Shown here: positions 1-10,688 of the stretch, in pieces
How positions within the stretch are numbered: the first letter of the stretch is position 1
Layout of the letters: every line of letters begins with the position of its first letter
Assembly: GCA_964202555.1 (NCBI GenBank)
Contig: CAXNJA010000003.1
Location: forward strand, 847-64,846
DNA: 64,000 nt
Reading direction: 5' to 3'
Source: Mycobacterium sp.
GTDB lineage: Bacteria; Actinomycetota; Actinomycetes; Mycobacteriales; Mycobacteriaceae
The notes under the pieces: generated by a model
The model's database searches: none
Told to the model about the DNA's origin: nothing
Seen by the model: only the letters and a program-made list of their open reading frames with translations
Made by a program: the position numbers and the translations under genes

Positions 1-843
1 CACACCCGGCGGGCCTATCTGGCCGACTTACGGTCACTGTTCGCCTTCCTCGACGAGCGCGCCCCGGGAGCCGGACTTGAGGCACTGAGCCTGCCCGTGC
101 TGCGCGCGTGGCTGGCCGCACAGGCCGCTGCGGGGTCGGCCCGCACCACCCTGGCGCGACGGACCTCCGCGGTGAAGACGTTCACGGCCTGGGCCGTCCG
201 CCGGGGTCTGCTGGCCGCCGACCCGGCCGCTCGACTGCAGGTGCCCAAGGCCCGCCGCACCCTGCCGTCGGTTCTGCGTCAGGACCAGGCGCTGGCCGCG
301 ATGGCCGCCGCCGAGCTCGGCGCCCAGCAACGCGACCCGCTCGCCTTACGTGACAAGCTCATCGTGGAGTTGCTGTACGCCACCGGTATCCGGGTCAGCG
401 AGTTGTGCGGCCTCGACGTCGACGACATCGACATCGGCCGGCGAGTGCTGCGGGTGCTGGGCAAGGGCAACAAGCAGCGCACCGCCCCGTTCGGCCGGCC
501 GGCCGGCGCGGCGATCACCGATTGGCTGACCGACGGCCGTCCTGCCCTGGCGACGCCCGACTCCGGCCCCGCCTTGCTGCTGGGTCCCCGCGGTCGTCGA
601 CTCGATCCGCGGCAGGCCCGCACCGTCGTGCACCAAACCATGTCGGCCGTGGACGGCGCCCCCGACATCGGGCCGCACGGTCTGCGCCACAGTGCGGCCA
701 CCCACCTCCTCGAAGGCGGCGCCGACCTGCGCGTGGTGCAGGAACTTCTCGGCCACTCCAGCCTGGCGACCACCCAGCTCTACACCCATGTCACGGTGGC
801 CCGGTTGCGGGCGGTTCACGACCAGGCCCACCCCCGGGCGTGA
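1..843 (+). CDS. xerC: Tyrosine recombinase XerC (5' end cut by window edge)
   Basis: Frame-1 reading frame is open from nt 1. The C-terminal catalytic box [39 protein letters not shown] is typical of XerC/XerD recombinases. Conserved position upstream of rpsB-tsf. Confidence 0.9.
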   Translation, partial: HTRRAYLADLRSLFAFLDERAPGAGLEALSLPVLRAWLAAQAAAGSARTTLARRTSAVKTFTAWAVRRGLLAADPAARLQVPKARRTLPSVLRQDQALAAMAAAELGAQQRDPLALRDKLIVELLYATGIRVSELCGLDVDDIDIGRRVLRVLGKGNKQRTAPFGRPAGAAITDWLTDGRPALATPDSGPALLLGPRGRRLDPRQARTVVHQTMSAVDGAPDIGPHGLRHSAATHLLEGGADLRVVQELLGHSSLATTQLYTHVTVARLRAVHDQAHPRA

Positions 844-847
844 TAGC

Positions 848-877
848 CACCCCCAGTCACCCCCAGTCACCCCCACG
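848..877. repeat. 10-bp tandem repeat (cacccccagt x2 plus cacccccacg)
   Basis: Read directly: cacccccagt cacccccagt cacccccacg. It spans the stop codon and last codons of the convergent M23 peptidase gene, just after the xerC stop. Confidence 0.8.
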
Positions 878-1373
878 GCTTGAGTCGCACCGGGGTGTCC
901 GCCAACAACCCCAGTGGGTCGACGTACCGGGCGTGTTGAGCCGGTCCCCACATCGCACCCCAGTGCAGACACGCCGGTGCCGGACAGCCCGGATGCCCGG
1001 CGACCAGCCGGCCCAGGGCCGATGTCGCACCGACCCGCTGGCCGGCCCGCACTGTGGCCTGAACCGGCTCGTAACTGGTCCGCAGACCTCCGTCATGTTC
1101 GACCGACACCACCGGTCGGCCCGCCAGCATCCCGGCGTACACCACGGTGCCCGGACCGGCGACGTAGACGGGCTGGCCCGGTTCGCCGGCAAGATCGACG
1201 CCGCGATGGCCCCGCTGCCAGTCCGGAGCGGGTGCATCGAAACCGCGGGTGACCTGCGCCGGCTGCAGCGGCCAAAGCAACCGCACGTCATCGGCCCGGG
1301 CCGATGACGCCGACATGACCGCCGGTATGACCGCCAGCAAGACCGCCACGAGAGCCGTCACCGCGACTTTCAC
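867..1373 (-). CDS. Secreted M23 (LytM-type) metallopeptidase
   Basis: N-terminal signal peptide (MKVAVTALVAVLLAVIPAVMSASSARA). HRGVDLAG and LHWG motifs match the M23 HxxxD / HxH zinc sites. Confidence 0.8.
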   Translation of the reverse strand: MKVAVTALVAVLLAVIPAVMSASSARADDVRLLWPLQPAQVTRGFDAPAPDWQRGHRGVDLAGEPGQPVYVAGPGTVVYAGMLAGRPVVSVEHDGGLRTSYEPVQATVRAGQRVGATSALGRLVAGHPGCPAPACLHWGAMWGPAQHARYVDPLGLLADTPVRLKPWG

Positions 1374-1661
1374 CCGCCAAGTTCATCGCCTGCCAGCCAT
1401 CGCTCGACTACGTCGCGGTCTGTCGCGGGCTGCGGCTGTGCACGGGCGGCTGGCTGGGGATAACCCGAGCGGGGTGTAACATTCCCCACGCAGCCTGCCC
1501 AAACGGGCTGACTTCGCGCATCTGAGTGCGGCATCGCCAGTCCGATGCTCGCCGCGCCCACCGGTTGGTCCCGTCGCCAGACGGGTCGGGGGGTGCGCAG
1601 ATGCCAGGGCCCGGCAACACCCCGTCGCCGGGCGACAACCGACACAAAGGAATACGACGAC

Positions 1662-2540
1662 ATGCCTGTCGTAACAATGAAGCAGCTGCTCGACAGCGGC
1701 GCGCACTTCGGGCACCAGACCCGACGCTGGAATCCCAAGATGAAGCGGTTCATCTTCACCGACCGCAACGGCATCTACATCATCGACCTGCAGCAGACGC
1801 TGACCTACATCGACAAGGCCTACGAATTCGTCAAGGAGACCGTCGCCCACGGTGGCTCGGTGATGTTCGTCGGCACCAAGAAGCAGGCTCAGGAGTCCAT
1901 CGCCGAAGAGGCCACCCGGGTCGGCATGCCGTATGTCAACCAGCGCTGGCTCGGTGGCATGCTCACCAACTTCTCCACCGTGCACAAGCGTCTGCAGCGT
2001 ATGAAAGAGCTGGAGGCCATGGAGCAGACCGGTGGCTTCGAGGGTCGCACCAAGAAGGAAATCCTGATGCTGACCCGCGAGAAGACCAAACTTGAGCGGT
2101 CCCTGGGGGGTATCCGGGACATGCAGAAGGTGCCCTCGGCGGTCTGGGTCGTCGACACCAACAAGGAGCACCTGGCCGTCGCGGAGGCCCGCAAGCTCAA
2201 CATCCCGATCATCGCGATCCTCGACACCAACTGCGACCCGGACGTGGTCGACTACCCGATCCCCGGCAACGACGACGCAATCCGCTCCGCGGCCCTGCTC
2301 ACCAAGGTCGTCGCCTCGGCCGTCGCGGAGGGTCTGCAGGCCCGCGGTGGCGCCGGCCGGACCGAGACCGGTTCGGATTCCGGTGCCGTGGCTGAGCCGC
2401 TCGCCGAGTGGGAGCAGGAACTGCTGGCCAGCGCGGCCATCGACACCGCTCCGGCGGGGGGTGTTCCGGCCCCCGAACCGGTCGCCACCGAACCGGTCAC
2501 CGAGTCCGTCACCACCACCGTCATCGTTGAGGAAGGCTGA
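1662..2540 (+). CDS. rpsB: 30S ribosomal protein S2
   Basis: [32 protein letters not shown] is the canonical S2 N-terminus. ATG at 1662 is preceded by aaagga. The longer ORF from 1545 is an upstream extension. Acidic/Pro-rich C-terminal tail as in actinobacterial S2. Confidence 0.95.
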   Translation: MPVVTMKQLLDSGAHFGHQTRRWNPKMKRFIFTDRNGIYIIDLQQTLTYIDKAYEFVKETVAHGGSVMFVGTKKQAQESIAEEATRVGMPYVNQRWLGGMLTNFSTVHKRLQRMKELEAMEQTGGFEGRTKKEILMLTREKTKLERSLGGIRDMQKVPSAVWVVDTNKEHLAVAEARKLNIPIIAILDTNCDPDVVDYPIPGNDDAIRSAALLTKVVASAVAEGLQARGGAGRTETGSDSGAVAEPLAEWEQELLASAAIDTAPAGGVPAPEPVATEPVTESVTTTVIVEEG

Positions 2541-2541
2541 C

Positions 2542-3369
2542 ATGGCTAACTACACCGCTGCCGACGTCAAGCGGCTCCGCGAGCTCACCGGCTCGGGAAT
2601 GATGGACTGCAAGAACGCACTTGCCGAGACCGACGGCGATTTCAACAAAGCCGTCGAGGCGCTCCGCATCAAGGGCGCCAAGGACGTCGGCAAGCGCGCC
2701 GAGCGGGCTACCGCCGAAGGTCTGGTCGCGGCCAAGGGCGGGGCGCTGATCGAGCTCAACTCCGAGACCGACTTCGTCGCCAAGAACGCCGAATTCCAGA
2801 GCCTGGCCGAGAAGGTCGTCGACGCCGCACTGGCCGCCAAGGCCACCGACGTCGACTCCCTCAAGGCTGCCAAGATCGGCGATAAGACGGTCGAGGAGAC
2901 CATCGCCGAGCTGTCGGCCAAGATCGGCGAGAAGCTCGAACTGCGCCGGGTGCAGTTCTTCGACGGCAACGTCGAGACCTACCTGCACAAGCGGGCCGCG
3001 GACCTGCCGCCGGCCGTCGGTGTGCTGGTCGAATTCACAGGGGGCAGCGATGCAAAGGGCACAGACGCGGCGCACTCCGTCGCGCTGCAGATCGCCGCGC
3101 TGAAGGCCAAGTACCTGACCCGCGACGAGGTGCCGGCCGATGTGGTGGCTGCTGAGAAGCGCGTCGCCGAGGAGACCGCCAAGGCCGAAGGCAAGCCCGA
3201 AGCGGCGCTGCCCAAGATCATCGAGGGCAGGGTCAACGGCTTCTTCAAGGACGTCGTGCTGCTCGACCAGCCGTCGGTGTCTGACAACAAGAAGTCCGTG
3301 AAGGCGCTGCTCGATGAGGCCGGTGTCACCGTCACCCGGTTCGCCCGCTTCGAGGTCGGCCAGGCCTAA
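2542..3369 (+). CDS. tsf: Elongation factor Ts
   Basis: [27 protein letters not shown] (UBA-like N-terminus of EF-Ts). Starts 2 nt after the rpsB stop. The ORF-track version from 2092 is an out-of-context extension overlapping rpsB. Confidence 0.95.
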   Translation: MANYTAADVKRLRELTGSGMMDCKNALAETDGDFNKAVEALRIKGAKDVGKRAERATAEGLVAAKGGALIELNSETDFVAKNAEFQSLAEKVVDAALAAKATDVDSLKAAKIGDKTVEETIAELSAKIGEKLELRRVQFFDGNVETYLHKRAADLPPAVGVLVEFTGGSDAKGTDAAHSVALQIAALKAKYLTRDEVPADVVAAEKRVAEETAKAEGKPEAALPKIIEGRVNGFFKDVVLLDQPSVSDNKKSVKALLDEAGVTVTRFARFEVGQA

Positions 3370-3390
3370 CCGCCTGAGCCGACAGCGATC

Positions 3391-4794
3391 ATGCGACACG
3401 TCAACGCCTTCGGCGACGACGCCCTCGGCGATCTCGACGCCGTCGCGATGGTCGACGCGATCCGGACCGGCAAGGTGTCCGCGACCGAGCTAGTCGAGGC
3501 GGCGATCGCCCGCACCGAGGCGGTTAACCCCGTCCTCAACGGCCTGGCGCACGAGACCTTCCGGCAGGCCAAAGCGCGCGCCTCGGTGCCGCAGGGCGGG
3601 TACTTCGACGGCGTGCCGACGTTCTTCAAGGACAACGTCGACGTCGAGGGTATGCCGACCATGCAGGGCACCGACGCCTGGGCGCCGCGGGCGCTGCCGG
3701 CAGATGGCGACTTCGCCAGGTTCTTTCTGGGCACCGGGCTTGTCCCGCTGGGCAAGACCCAGCTGTCGGAGTTCGGCTTCAGCGCCTCGGCCGAACACCC
3801 CCGGATCGGGGCGGTCCGCAATCCGTGGGACACCGACTACACCGCCGGCGCATCGTCATCGGGGTCCGGGGCGTTCGTCGCGGCCGGGGTGGTGCCGATC
3901 GCGCACGCCAACGACGGTGGCGGCTCCATCCGTATCCCCGCTGCCTGCAACGGCCTGGTGGGACTCAAGCCGTCCCGGGGTCGGCTGCCCCAGGACAAGA
4001 TGTCACGGCAGATGCCGGTCCGCATCGTCAGCGACGGCGTGCTCACCCGGTCGGTGCGCGACACCGCGGCCTTCTATCGGGAGGCTGAGCGGATCTGGCG
4101 CAACCGGTCACTGCTGCCGATCGGGGCGGTGACCGGCCCGGGCCGAGACCGGTTGCGGATCGCCGTGGTCACCCGGTCGGTGAAGCGGGACTCCAGCCCG
4201 GAGATCCGCGATCACACACTCAAGACCGCCGCCCTGCTTGAAGATGCCGGGCACCGGGTGACCTATCTGGACACCAACCCGGTGCCGGAGTCCTTCGCCG
4301 ACGACTTTCTGTTGTACTGGTCTTCGCTGGCGATGACCCTGGTGCGAACCGGGCGGCGTACTTTCGGTCCGAGTTTCGACCGTTCCAGGCTGGATAACTT
4401 GACGCTGGGGCTCGACCGGCACGCCACCCGTAACATGCACCGGTTGCCGCGGGCGATCACCCGGCTGAGCAGGCTGCGCCGGGTGACGGCCCGGTTCTAT
4501 CAGGACTACGACGTTCTGATGACCCCGACCGTTGCCGAGGGCACGCCGATGATCGGTCACCTGGACCCGACGTCGGACTATCAACAGGTCATAGAACGGT
4601 TGGTCGAGTGGGTGGCTTTCACGCCGCTGCAGAATGCCACCGGGGAGCCCGCGATTTCGCTGCCGATGGCACAATCTGCCGCCGGCCTGCCGGTCGGCAT
4701 GATGTTCAGCGCGCCGATCGGCCAGGAACGCAGGCTGCTGGAACTGGCCTACGAGTTAGAGGCGGCCAAACCCTGGCCACTGATCAGCCGCTGA
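3391..4794 (+). CDS. Amidase-signature family amidase (AmiC-like)
   Basis: Gly/Ser-rich amidase signature: AGASSSGSGAFVAAG ... NDGGGSIRIPAACNGLVGLKPSRG. Same position as the amidase downstream of tsf in M. tuberculosis, from memory. Confidence 0.85.
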   Translation: MRHVNAFGDDALGDLDAVAMVDAIRTGKVSATELVEAAIARTEAVNPVLNGLAHETFRQAKARASVPQGGYFDGVPTFFKDNVDVEGMPTMQGTDAWAPRALPADGDFARFFLGTGLVPLGKTQLSEFGFSASAEHPRIGAVRNPWDTDYTAGASSSGSGAFVAAGVVPIAHANDGGGSIRIPAACNGLVGLKPSRGRLPQDKMSRQMPVRIVSDGVLTRSVRDTAAFYREAERIWRNRSLLPIGAVTGPGRDRLRIAVVTRSVKRDSSPEIRDHTLKTAALLEDAGHRVTYLDTNPVPESFADDFLLYWSSLAMTLVRTGRRTFGPSFDRSRLDNLTLGLDRHATRNMHRLPRAITRLSRLRRVTARFYQDYDVLMTPTVAEGTPMIGHLDPTSDYQQVIERLVEWVAFTPLQNATGEPAISLPMAQSAAGLPVGMMFSAPIGQERRLLELAYELEAAKPWPLISR

Positions 4795-4801
4795 TCGCCA
4801 C

Positions 4802-5446
4802 CTAGACGGTCGCAGCGTAACCAGCGGCGATCTCGTCGACCATCCTGACGTGTTTTTCCACCTCGCCGGCCGGGGCCAGCAGTTGCACGGCCAGTTTCCA
4901 GGATCGGTTCAACCGGGCGAACTGATCGTCGTTCAGTGCCGATGACAGCAGATGGCAGCCCAGGATCCCCACCCAGATCGCTTCGGCGGCGTCTTCGGTG
5001 TCGATACTGCGCGCGGTCGTCCATGGCCCGATCGCGCGGGCGATGACGCCGACGAAATCGTTGGTCCATCGGCTGTAGGTTTGGGAGGCCACGCTGCTGA
5101 TCTGGCTGAGTGCCTGAAGCAGTTCGTTGCCGATCTTTGCGCTCTTGTCCGACGCGATGATCGCCGCCGAGTCGAAGGTAGAACTGATCACGTCGCCGAG
5201 TTCGGGTGCGGCAGGATCGAACAGATTGCGCGCTGATCGCTGCAACTTCGCGGAGAACTCATCAATGATCGCCGTCGCAACGGCCTCCTTGGAGTCGAAG
5301 TGGTAGTAGAACGCGCCTTTGCTGACCCCGGCCCGCTGGAGTACATCAGCCAAACCCGTTTCGCCATAACCCAATTCGCTGAACAAGTCGACCGCTGACT
5401 CAAGGATCTTGCGTCGGGTCGCCTCAGCCCTGGCCTGCAGTGCCAT
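4802..5446 (-). CDS. TetR-family transcriptional regulator
   Basis: N-terminal HTH: RRKILESAVDLFSELGYGETGLADVLQRAGVSKGAFYYHFDSKE. I prefer the start at MALQ (ATG 5446), preceded by aggagc. The ORF can extend to 5551. Confidence 0.8.
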   Translation of the reverse strand: MALQARAEATRRKILESAVDLFSELGYGETGLADVLQRAGVSKGAFYYHFDSKEAVATAIIDEFSAKLQRSARNLFDPAAPELGDVISSTFDSAAIIASDKSAKIGNELLQALSQISSVASQTYSRWTNDFVGVIARAIGPWTTARSIDTEDAAEAIWVGILGCHLLSSALNDDQFARLNRSWKLAVQLLAPAGEVEKHVRMVDEIAAGYAATV

Positions 5447-5493
5447 GGGGCCGCGCTCCTTTCCCAGGAAAGCTGTTCCACTCGCGAGCGTAG

Positions 5494-5519
5494 CCGCACC
5501 CCGTCGACGCTGGGTGCGG
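5494..5519. promoter_or_regulatory. Perfect 8-bp inverted repeat (CCGCACCC-N10-GGGTGCGG), candidate TetR operator
   Basis: Read directly. It lies 48-73 nt upstream of the preferred TetR start, in the TetR/pyrH divergent region. Confidence 0.35.
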
Positions 5520-5632
5520 TAACGGACCATGTGTCGACGGACACAACCCATGGGGCAGGATGTTGGTGTCGCTAGGAGTAATACCCTCTAATCGGCAAAT
5601 TCATGCAATTGGCCCGAAAGTGAAGGAGTCCG

Positions 5633-6376
5633 ATGGGCGAGCCCACGACGAACGGCGCCGGGGCACTGCGGCCGAAGTACGCGCGGGTACTGCTCAAGCT
5701 CGGCGGGGAGATGTTCGGCGGCGGCTCGGTGGGACTGGACCCCGACGTGGTCGCCCAGGTGGCCCGGCAGATCGCCGAAGTGGTGCGCAGCGGCGTTCAG
5801 GTCGCGGTGGTGATCGGCGGCGGGAACTTCTTCCGCGGCGCTCAACTTCAGCAGCGCGGTATGGAACGCACCCGTTCGGACTACATGGGCATGTTGGGCA
5901 CCGTGATGAACAGCCTCGCGCTGCAGGACTTCCTCGAGCAGGAGGGCATCGTGACCCGGGTTCAGACCGCCATCACCATGGGCCAGGTGGCCGAACCCTA
6001 TATCCCGCTGCGGGCCCGCCGTCACCTGGAAAAGGGCCGGGTGGTCATTTTCGGCGCAGGCATGGGTCTGCCGTACTTCTCCACTGACACCACCGCCGCC
6101 CAGCGAGCCCTCGAGATCGGCGCCGAGGTGGTGCTGATGGCCAAAGCCGTCGACGGGGTGTTCACCGACGACCCCCGGCACAATCCAGAGGCGACGATGC
6201 TGACCGAGATCACCCACCGCGAAGTTCTCGAACGCGAGCTGCGGGTCGCCGACGCGACCGCCTTCAGCCTATGTATGGACAACGGAATGCCGATTCTGGT
6301 TTTCAACCTGCTTACCGATGGCAATATCGCCCGGGCGGTCGCTGGTGAGAAGATCGGAACACTGGTCACCACCTGA
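5633..6376 (+). CDS. pyrH: UMP kinase
   Basis: [12 protein letters not shown] ... [11 protein letters not shown] ... [15 protein letters not shown] motifs of the amino-acid-kinase fold UMP kinase. RBS gaaggag. Followed by frr. Confidence 0.95.
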   Translation: MGEPTTNGAGALRPKYARVLLKLGGEMFGGGSVGLDPDVVAQVARQIAEVVRSGVQVAVVIGGGNFFRGAQLQQRGMERTRSDYMGMLGTVMNSLALQDFLEQEGIVTRVQTAITMGQVAEPYIPLRARRHLEKGRVVIFGAGMGLPYFSTDTTAAQRALEIGAEVVLMAKAVDGVFTDDPRHNPEATMLTEITHREVLERELRVADATAFSLCMDNGMPILVFNLLTDGNIARAVAGEKIGTLVTT

Positions 6377-6435
6377 ACGGAGAAGTTCATGACGCCGACG
6401 ATGCAGACTGAAGCGAACCCGCAGGAGCCGCGCCG

Positions 6436-6993
6436 ATGATCGACGAAGCTCTGTTCGACGCCGAGGAGAAGATGGAGAAGGCTGTCGCGGTCGCGCGCGA
6501 CGATCTGTCCTCCATCCGCACCGGGCGTGCCAATCCGGGCATGTTCTCCCGCGTCGTCGTCGACTATTACGGCACCCCGACGCCCATTACGCAGATGTCG
6601 AGCATCAACGTCCCCGAGGCCCGGATGGTGGTGATCAAGCCCTACGAGGCGGCCCAACTGCGGACGATCGAGGATGCCATCCGTAACTCCGACCTGGGGG
6701 TGAACCCGACCAACGACGGCAACATCATCCGGGTGGCGATTCCGCAGCTGACCGAGGAGCGTCGGCGCGATCTGGTCAAGCAGGCCAAGGCCAAGGGTGA
6801 GGACGCCAAGGTGTCGGTGCGCAATATCCGCCGCCGCGCCATGGAGGAGCTGCACCGCATCAAAAAGGACGGCGAGGCCGGCGAGGACGAGGTCGGCCGG
6901 GCCGAGAAGGATCTCGATAAGGCCACCGGGCAGTATGTTCACCAGATCGACGAACTGGTCAAGCACAAGGAAGGGGAACTGCTGGAGGTCTAG
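6436..6993 (+). CDS. frr: Ribosome recycling factor
   Basis: 185 aa. [47 protein letters not shown] is typical RRF. Conserved pyrH-frr-cdsA order. Confidence 0.95.
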   Translation: MIDEALFDAEEKMEKAVAVARDDLSSIRTGRANPGMFSRVVVDYYGTPTPITQMSSINVPEARMVVIKPYEAAQLRTIEDAIRNSDLGVNPTNDGNIIRVAIPQLTEERRRDLVKQAKAKGEDAKVSVRNIRRRAMEELHRIKKDGEAGEDEVGRAEKDLDKATGQYVHQIDELVKHKEGELLEV

Positions 6994-7013
6994 GACCACA
7001 GCAGAGACCCACC

Positions 7014-7865
7014 ATGGCTGACACGGAAGCCCCACCGGCGAAGACCTCGCGCGCGGGCCGCGACCTGCCCGCCGCCATCGCGGTCAGTCTCCTCCTGGGC
7101 GGCACCGTGATCGCCACCCTGTTGTTCGCCCCGCGCGGGTGGGTGGTCATCTTGTCGCTGGGGATGGCGGTGGCCACCCTTGAGGTTGTCCGGCGACTTC
7201 GCGAGGGCGGCTACTCCATCCCCCTGATCCCACTGCTGGTGGGTGGCCAGGCCATGATCTGGCTGACCTGGCCGTTCGGGGCGGCAGGTGCCCTCGGCGC
7301 GTACGGCGGCACGGTACTGGTCTGTCTGATCTGGCGGTTGCTGAGCCAGGGCTTGCAGAATCAACCGGTCAACTATGTGCGCGACGTCGCCGTCACCATC
7401 TTCCTGGCCACCTGGATTCCGTTGTTCGGCGCCTTTGGTGCGTTGCTGGTCTACCCCGAGGACGGCTGGGCCCGGGTGTTCACCTTCATGCTCGTGGTGG
7501 CGTTCTCCGACATCGGCGGCTACGCCGCCGGGGTGCTGTTCGGCAAGCACCGGATGGTTCCGGCCATCAGCCCGAAGAAGTCCTGGGAGGGACTCGCCGG
7601 TTCGCTGGTGTGCGGCACCACCGCGGCGGTGCTGGCAGTGATGTTCCTCATGCACAAACCGTGGTGGGTGGGGGTGCCGCTGGGCATCCTGCTGGTGATC
7701 ACCGCCACCCTGGGCGATCTGGTGGAGTCACAGTTCAAACGCGATCTGGGCATCAAGGACATGGGTACCCTGCTGCCCGGCCACGGGGGACTGATGGACC
7801 GCATCGACGGTGCACTGCCCTCGGCGGTGGCGACCTGGATCGTGCTCAGCCTGCTGGCCACCTGA
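7014..7865 (+). CDS. cdsA: Phosphatidate cytidylyltransferase (CDP-diglyceride synthase)
   Basis: Multi-TM protein with the C-terminal CTP-transferase signature SQFKRDLGIKDMGTLLPGHGGLMDRIDG. Confidence 0.9.
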   Translation: MADTEAPPAKTSRAGRDLPAAIAVSLLLGGTVIATLLFAPRGWVVILSLGMAVATLEVVRRLREGGYSIPLIPLLVGGQAMIWLTWPFGAAGALGAYGGTVLVCLIWRLLSQGLQNQPVNYVRDVAVTIFLATWIPLFGAFGALLVYPEDGWARVFTFMLVVAFSDIGGYAAGVLFGKHRMVPAISPKKSWEGLAGSLVCGTTAAVLAVMFLMHKPWWVGVPLGILLVITATLGDLVESQFKRDLGIKDMGTLLPGHGGLMDRIDGALPSAVATWIVLSLLAT

Positions 7866-7892
7866 ACCCGATCTGAACCGGATACTGGAGCA

Positions 7893-8990
7893 GTGAAGCA
7901 GGAACTGGTCTTCGAGGCACCGCGCCGAGGCCTACCGCCCCGCCATTTCGCCGACCTCGACGCTGCCGAGCGGGCTGCCGCGGTGGCCGAACTGGGCCTT
8001 CCGGGGTTTCGGGCAAAGCAGCTGGCCGCGCAGTACTACGGTCGCCTGGTCGCCGATCCGCAGCAGATGACCGACCTGCCGGCGGGTGTCCGCGACGCGG
8101 TGTCGCAAGCCCTGTTCCCGCCGCTGCTGACCGTGGTGCGCCAGGTCGAGTGCGACGCCGGTGACACCCGCAAGACGTTGTGGCGCGGCCGGGACGGTGC
8201 CACCTTCGAGTCGGTGTTGATGCGCTACCCGAACCGCAACACAGTCTGCATCTCCTCGCAGGCCGGCTGCGGTATGGCCTGCCCGTTCTGTGCCACCGGA
8301 CAGGGCGGGTTGACCCGCAACCTCAGCACCGCGGAGATCCTGGAGCAGGTCCGGGACGCGGCGGCGACGCTACGCGACGGGCTGGGGGGCGAGCGGCTGT
8401 CCAACGTCGTCTTCATGGGGATGGGCGAGCCGTTGGCCAATTACGCGCGGGTGGTGGCCGCCGTGAGCCGGATCACCGCGGCACCGCCGGACGGGTTCGG
8501 TATCTCGGCGCGTTCGGTGACGGTATCCACGGTCGGACTGGCGCCGGCGATCCGCAAGCTGGCCGATGAGCGCCTCGGCGTGACGCTGGCGCTGTCCCTG
8601 CACACCCCTGACGACGAACTGCGCGACACCCTGGTGCCGGTGAACGAGAGATGGAAGGTCCACGAAGTCCTTGATGCCGCCCGCTACTACGGACAGTTGA
8701 CCGGACGGCGGGTGTCGATCGAGTACGCGCTGATCCGCGACGTCAATGACCAGCCGTGGCGCGCTGACTTACTGGGCAAGAAGTTACATGCGGCGCTGGG
8801 GCCGCTGGCGCACGTCAACCTGATTCCGCTGAACCCGACACCGGGCAGCGAATGGGATGCCAGCCCCAAACCGGTGGAGCGCGAGTTCGTCCGCCGGGTC
8901 AGGGCCCAAGGTGTGTCGTGCACGGTTCGGGACACTCGCGGGCGGGAGATCGCCGCCGCATGCGGTCAGTTGGCCGCCACCGAGAAGTAG
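7893..8990 (+). CDS. rlmN: 23S rRNA/tRNA (adenine-C2)-methyltransferase, radical SAM
   Basis: GTG start. Radical-SAM cluster motif [19 protein letters not shown] and C-terminal IAAACGQL typical of RlmN. Confidence 0.9.
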   Translation: MKQELVFEAPRRGLPPRHFADLDAAERAAAVAELGLPGFRAKQLAAQYYGRLVADPQQMTDLPAGVRDAVSQALFPPLLTVVRQVECDAGDTRKTLWRGRDGATFESVLMRYPNRNTVCISSQAGCGMACPFCATGQGGLTRNLSTAEILEQVRDAAATLRDGLGGERLSNVVFMGMGEPLANYARVVAAVSRITAAPPDGFGISARSVTVSTVGLAPAIRKLADERLGVTLALSLHTPDDELRDTLVPVNERWKVHEVLDAARYYGQLTGRRVSIEYALIRDVNDQPWRADLLGKKLHAALGPLAHVNLIPLNPTPGSEWDASPKPVEREFVRRVRAQGVSCTVRDTRGREIAAACGQLAATEK

Positions 8991-9010
8991 AACCGACCGA
9001 CCGGCGGGTG

Positions 9011-9265
9011 TCAGCGCAGCAGGCCGCGCTTGCGCATGATGTAGTCGCGCGCCATGACGAACACGATGCCGACTGCGAAGGCGATCAGGAACCAGTTCTC
9101 CACGTGCCCGATGTGGTTGCCGTGCATCATGCCCAGCAGGAACAGCACGATGAAGATGCCCACTCCGTACCAGACCCCGTGGTGGATCTTGCTCCAACCC
9201 CACTCCGCTGACGGCACGTCGGCGGGATCTACCTCCGAGTAACGCTCCACCTCGGTGTTGGCCAT
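9011..9265 (-). CDS. Small conserved actinobacterial membrane protein (DUF2631-like)
   Basis: 84 aa with two hydrophobic helices (GVWYGVGIFIVLFLLGMM, WFLIAFAVGIVFVMA). Position is analogous to the small membrane protein next to mpt70 in M. tuberculosis. The family name is from memory. Confidence 0.6.
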   Translation of the reverse strand: MANTEVERYSEVDPADVPSAEWGWSKIHHGVWYGVGIFIVLFLLGMMHGNHIGHVENWFLIAFAVGIVFVMARDYIMRKRGLLR

Positions 9266-9337
9266 TGCCGCTCCTCACTTCTGACTGCCGTCATTCTGGC
9301 ATACCCGCGCCCATGATCGACGGCGATCCTGCCGGTC

Positions 9338-10684
9338 TCACCGCAGCAGCCCGTACCGGCGCAGCGCCTCGGTACGTTCGGCGGCGTGGTCCACGATCGG
9401 CTCGGGATAGTCCGCGGGTCGGCCACCTTTGAACCGGTGCGGGTCGGGCGTCTCGGCCAGTTCCGGCACCCACCGGCGCACGTAGTCGCCGGCCGGATCG
9501 AACTTCTCACCCTGCGCGGTCGGGTTGAACACCCGGAAATACGGCGCGGCGTCGGTGCCGGTGCCCGCGGCCCACTGCCAGCCGTGCTGGTTGCTGGCCA
9601 CGTCGGCGTCGACCAGTTGCTCCAGGAACCAGCGGGCCCCCCACTGCCACGGCAGATGAAGGTCCTTGACCAGGAACGATGCCACGATCATCCGTACCCT
9701 GTTGTGCATGAACCCGCTGTCGGACAACTGCCGCATCCCGGCGTCGACGATCGGATAGCCGGTGCGGCCCTGCTTCCAAGCCTCGAACGCGACCCGCGCC
9801 GCCGAGTCGGTGTCCACCTCGATGGCGTCGAACGCCGGGTTCCAGTTGTGCCAGGCGCTGGCCGGCCACTGGTGCAACACCGAGGCGTAGAAATCCCGAA
9901 AGGCCAACTCCCGCACATAGGCGCTCGCCGCGGAATCGCTGAGATCCAGATCAGACACCAGGGTCCGGGGATGGATGGTGCCGAACTTCAGATGCGCCGA
10001 CAGCCGACTGGTTCCCGGCTTATCGGGGCGGTCCCGGTCGGCGGCGTAGCCATGCAAGCCCTCGGCGCGGAATTCCGACCACCGTTGCCGGGCCGCGGCC
10101 TCGCCGGCCGGAACGTCGAGAACCGCTCCCGGATCGGGCGCCTCCACCCGCGCCGGCAAAGCCGCCAGCGTGCCGGGATCGATCCACCCGGTGACGTCCG
10201 GGCCGGACTGAGCGGGGCTGCGCCAGCCCACTTCACGCCAGCGCCGGAAGTACGGGGTGAAGACCTTGTAGGGGCCGCCGTCGTCCTTGGTGACCCGCCC
10301 CGGTGACACCAGGTAGGGCGAACCGGTGGCCACCAACGGGATCTTCCGGGTGGCAAGGCTGTCGCGCACCGCTGCGTCCCGGCGCATCCCGAACGGGCTG
10401 AAGTCCGCCGAGATGTGGACCGCCGTCGCGGCGGCCGCGGCGCAGATCTGCGGGAGGTGTTCTTCCGGGCGGCCGCGGGTGATCAGCAGACGCCCGTCCA
10501 GCGCCGCGTTGAGTTCGCGCAGGCAGTCGCCGAGGAATTGCAGACGGCGGGGTCCGGCGTTGGCCTCCAGACGGGGATCCAGCACGAAGCAGGGCAGCAC
10601 ATCGGCGCTGTCGGAGGCTTCCAGCAGGGGCGGCAGGTCGCGCAGGCGAAGGTCGCGGCGAAACCACAGAACGGTGGAGGGCAC
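9338..10684 (-). CDS. phr: Deoxyribodipyrimidine photolyase / cryptochrome family
   Basis: N-terminus VLWFRRDLRLRDLPPLL and the FAD-binding C-terminal block HNRVRMIVASFLVKDL..WQWAAGTGTDAAPYFRVFNP. GTG start lies 4 nt after the upstream gene's stop. Confidence 0.9.
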   Translation of the reverse strand: MPSTVLWFRRDLRLRDLPPLLEASDSADVLPCFVLDPRLEANAGPRRLQFLGDCLRELNAALDGRLLITRGRPEEHLPQICAAAAATAVHISADFSPFGMRRDAAVRDSLATRKIPLVATGSPYLVSPGRVTKDDGGPYKVFTPYFRRWREVGWRSPAQSGPDVTGWIDPGTLAALPARVEAPDPGAVLDVPAGEAAARQRWSEFRAEGLHGYAADRDRPDKPGTSRLSAHLKFGTIHPRTLVSDLDLSDSAASAYVRELAFRDFYASVLHQWPASAWHNWNPAFDAIEVDTDSAARVAFEAWKQGRTGYPIVDAGMRQLSDSGFMHNRVRMIVASFLVKDLHLPWQWGARWFLEQLVDADVASNQHGWQWAAGTGTDAAPYFRVFNPTAQGEKFDPAGDYVRRWVPELAETPDPHRFKGGRPADYPEPIVDHAAERTEALRRYGLLR

Positions 10685-10688
10685 CTCC

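Noticed and set aside
1-843. xerC as the integrase of a mobile element
   Set aside because: The sequence and context (next to rpsB-tsf in a conserved housekeeping block) fit the chromosomal dimer-resolution recombinase. No att-like repeats, phage genes or IS genes are nearby.
1374-1661. Possible structured rpsB leader / ncRNA in the 288-bp region upstream of rpsB
   Set aside because: I could see only short GC hairpins and no motif I can name. The known S2 autoregulatory leader is described for other phyla. Evidence is insufficient to annotate it.
1383-2543. 386-aa minus-strand ORF antisense to rpsB
   Set aside because: It fully overlaps a canonical ribosomal protein gene. The translation is Gly/Arg/Asp-rich low complexity with no motif. 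It is a typical high-GC antisense artefact.
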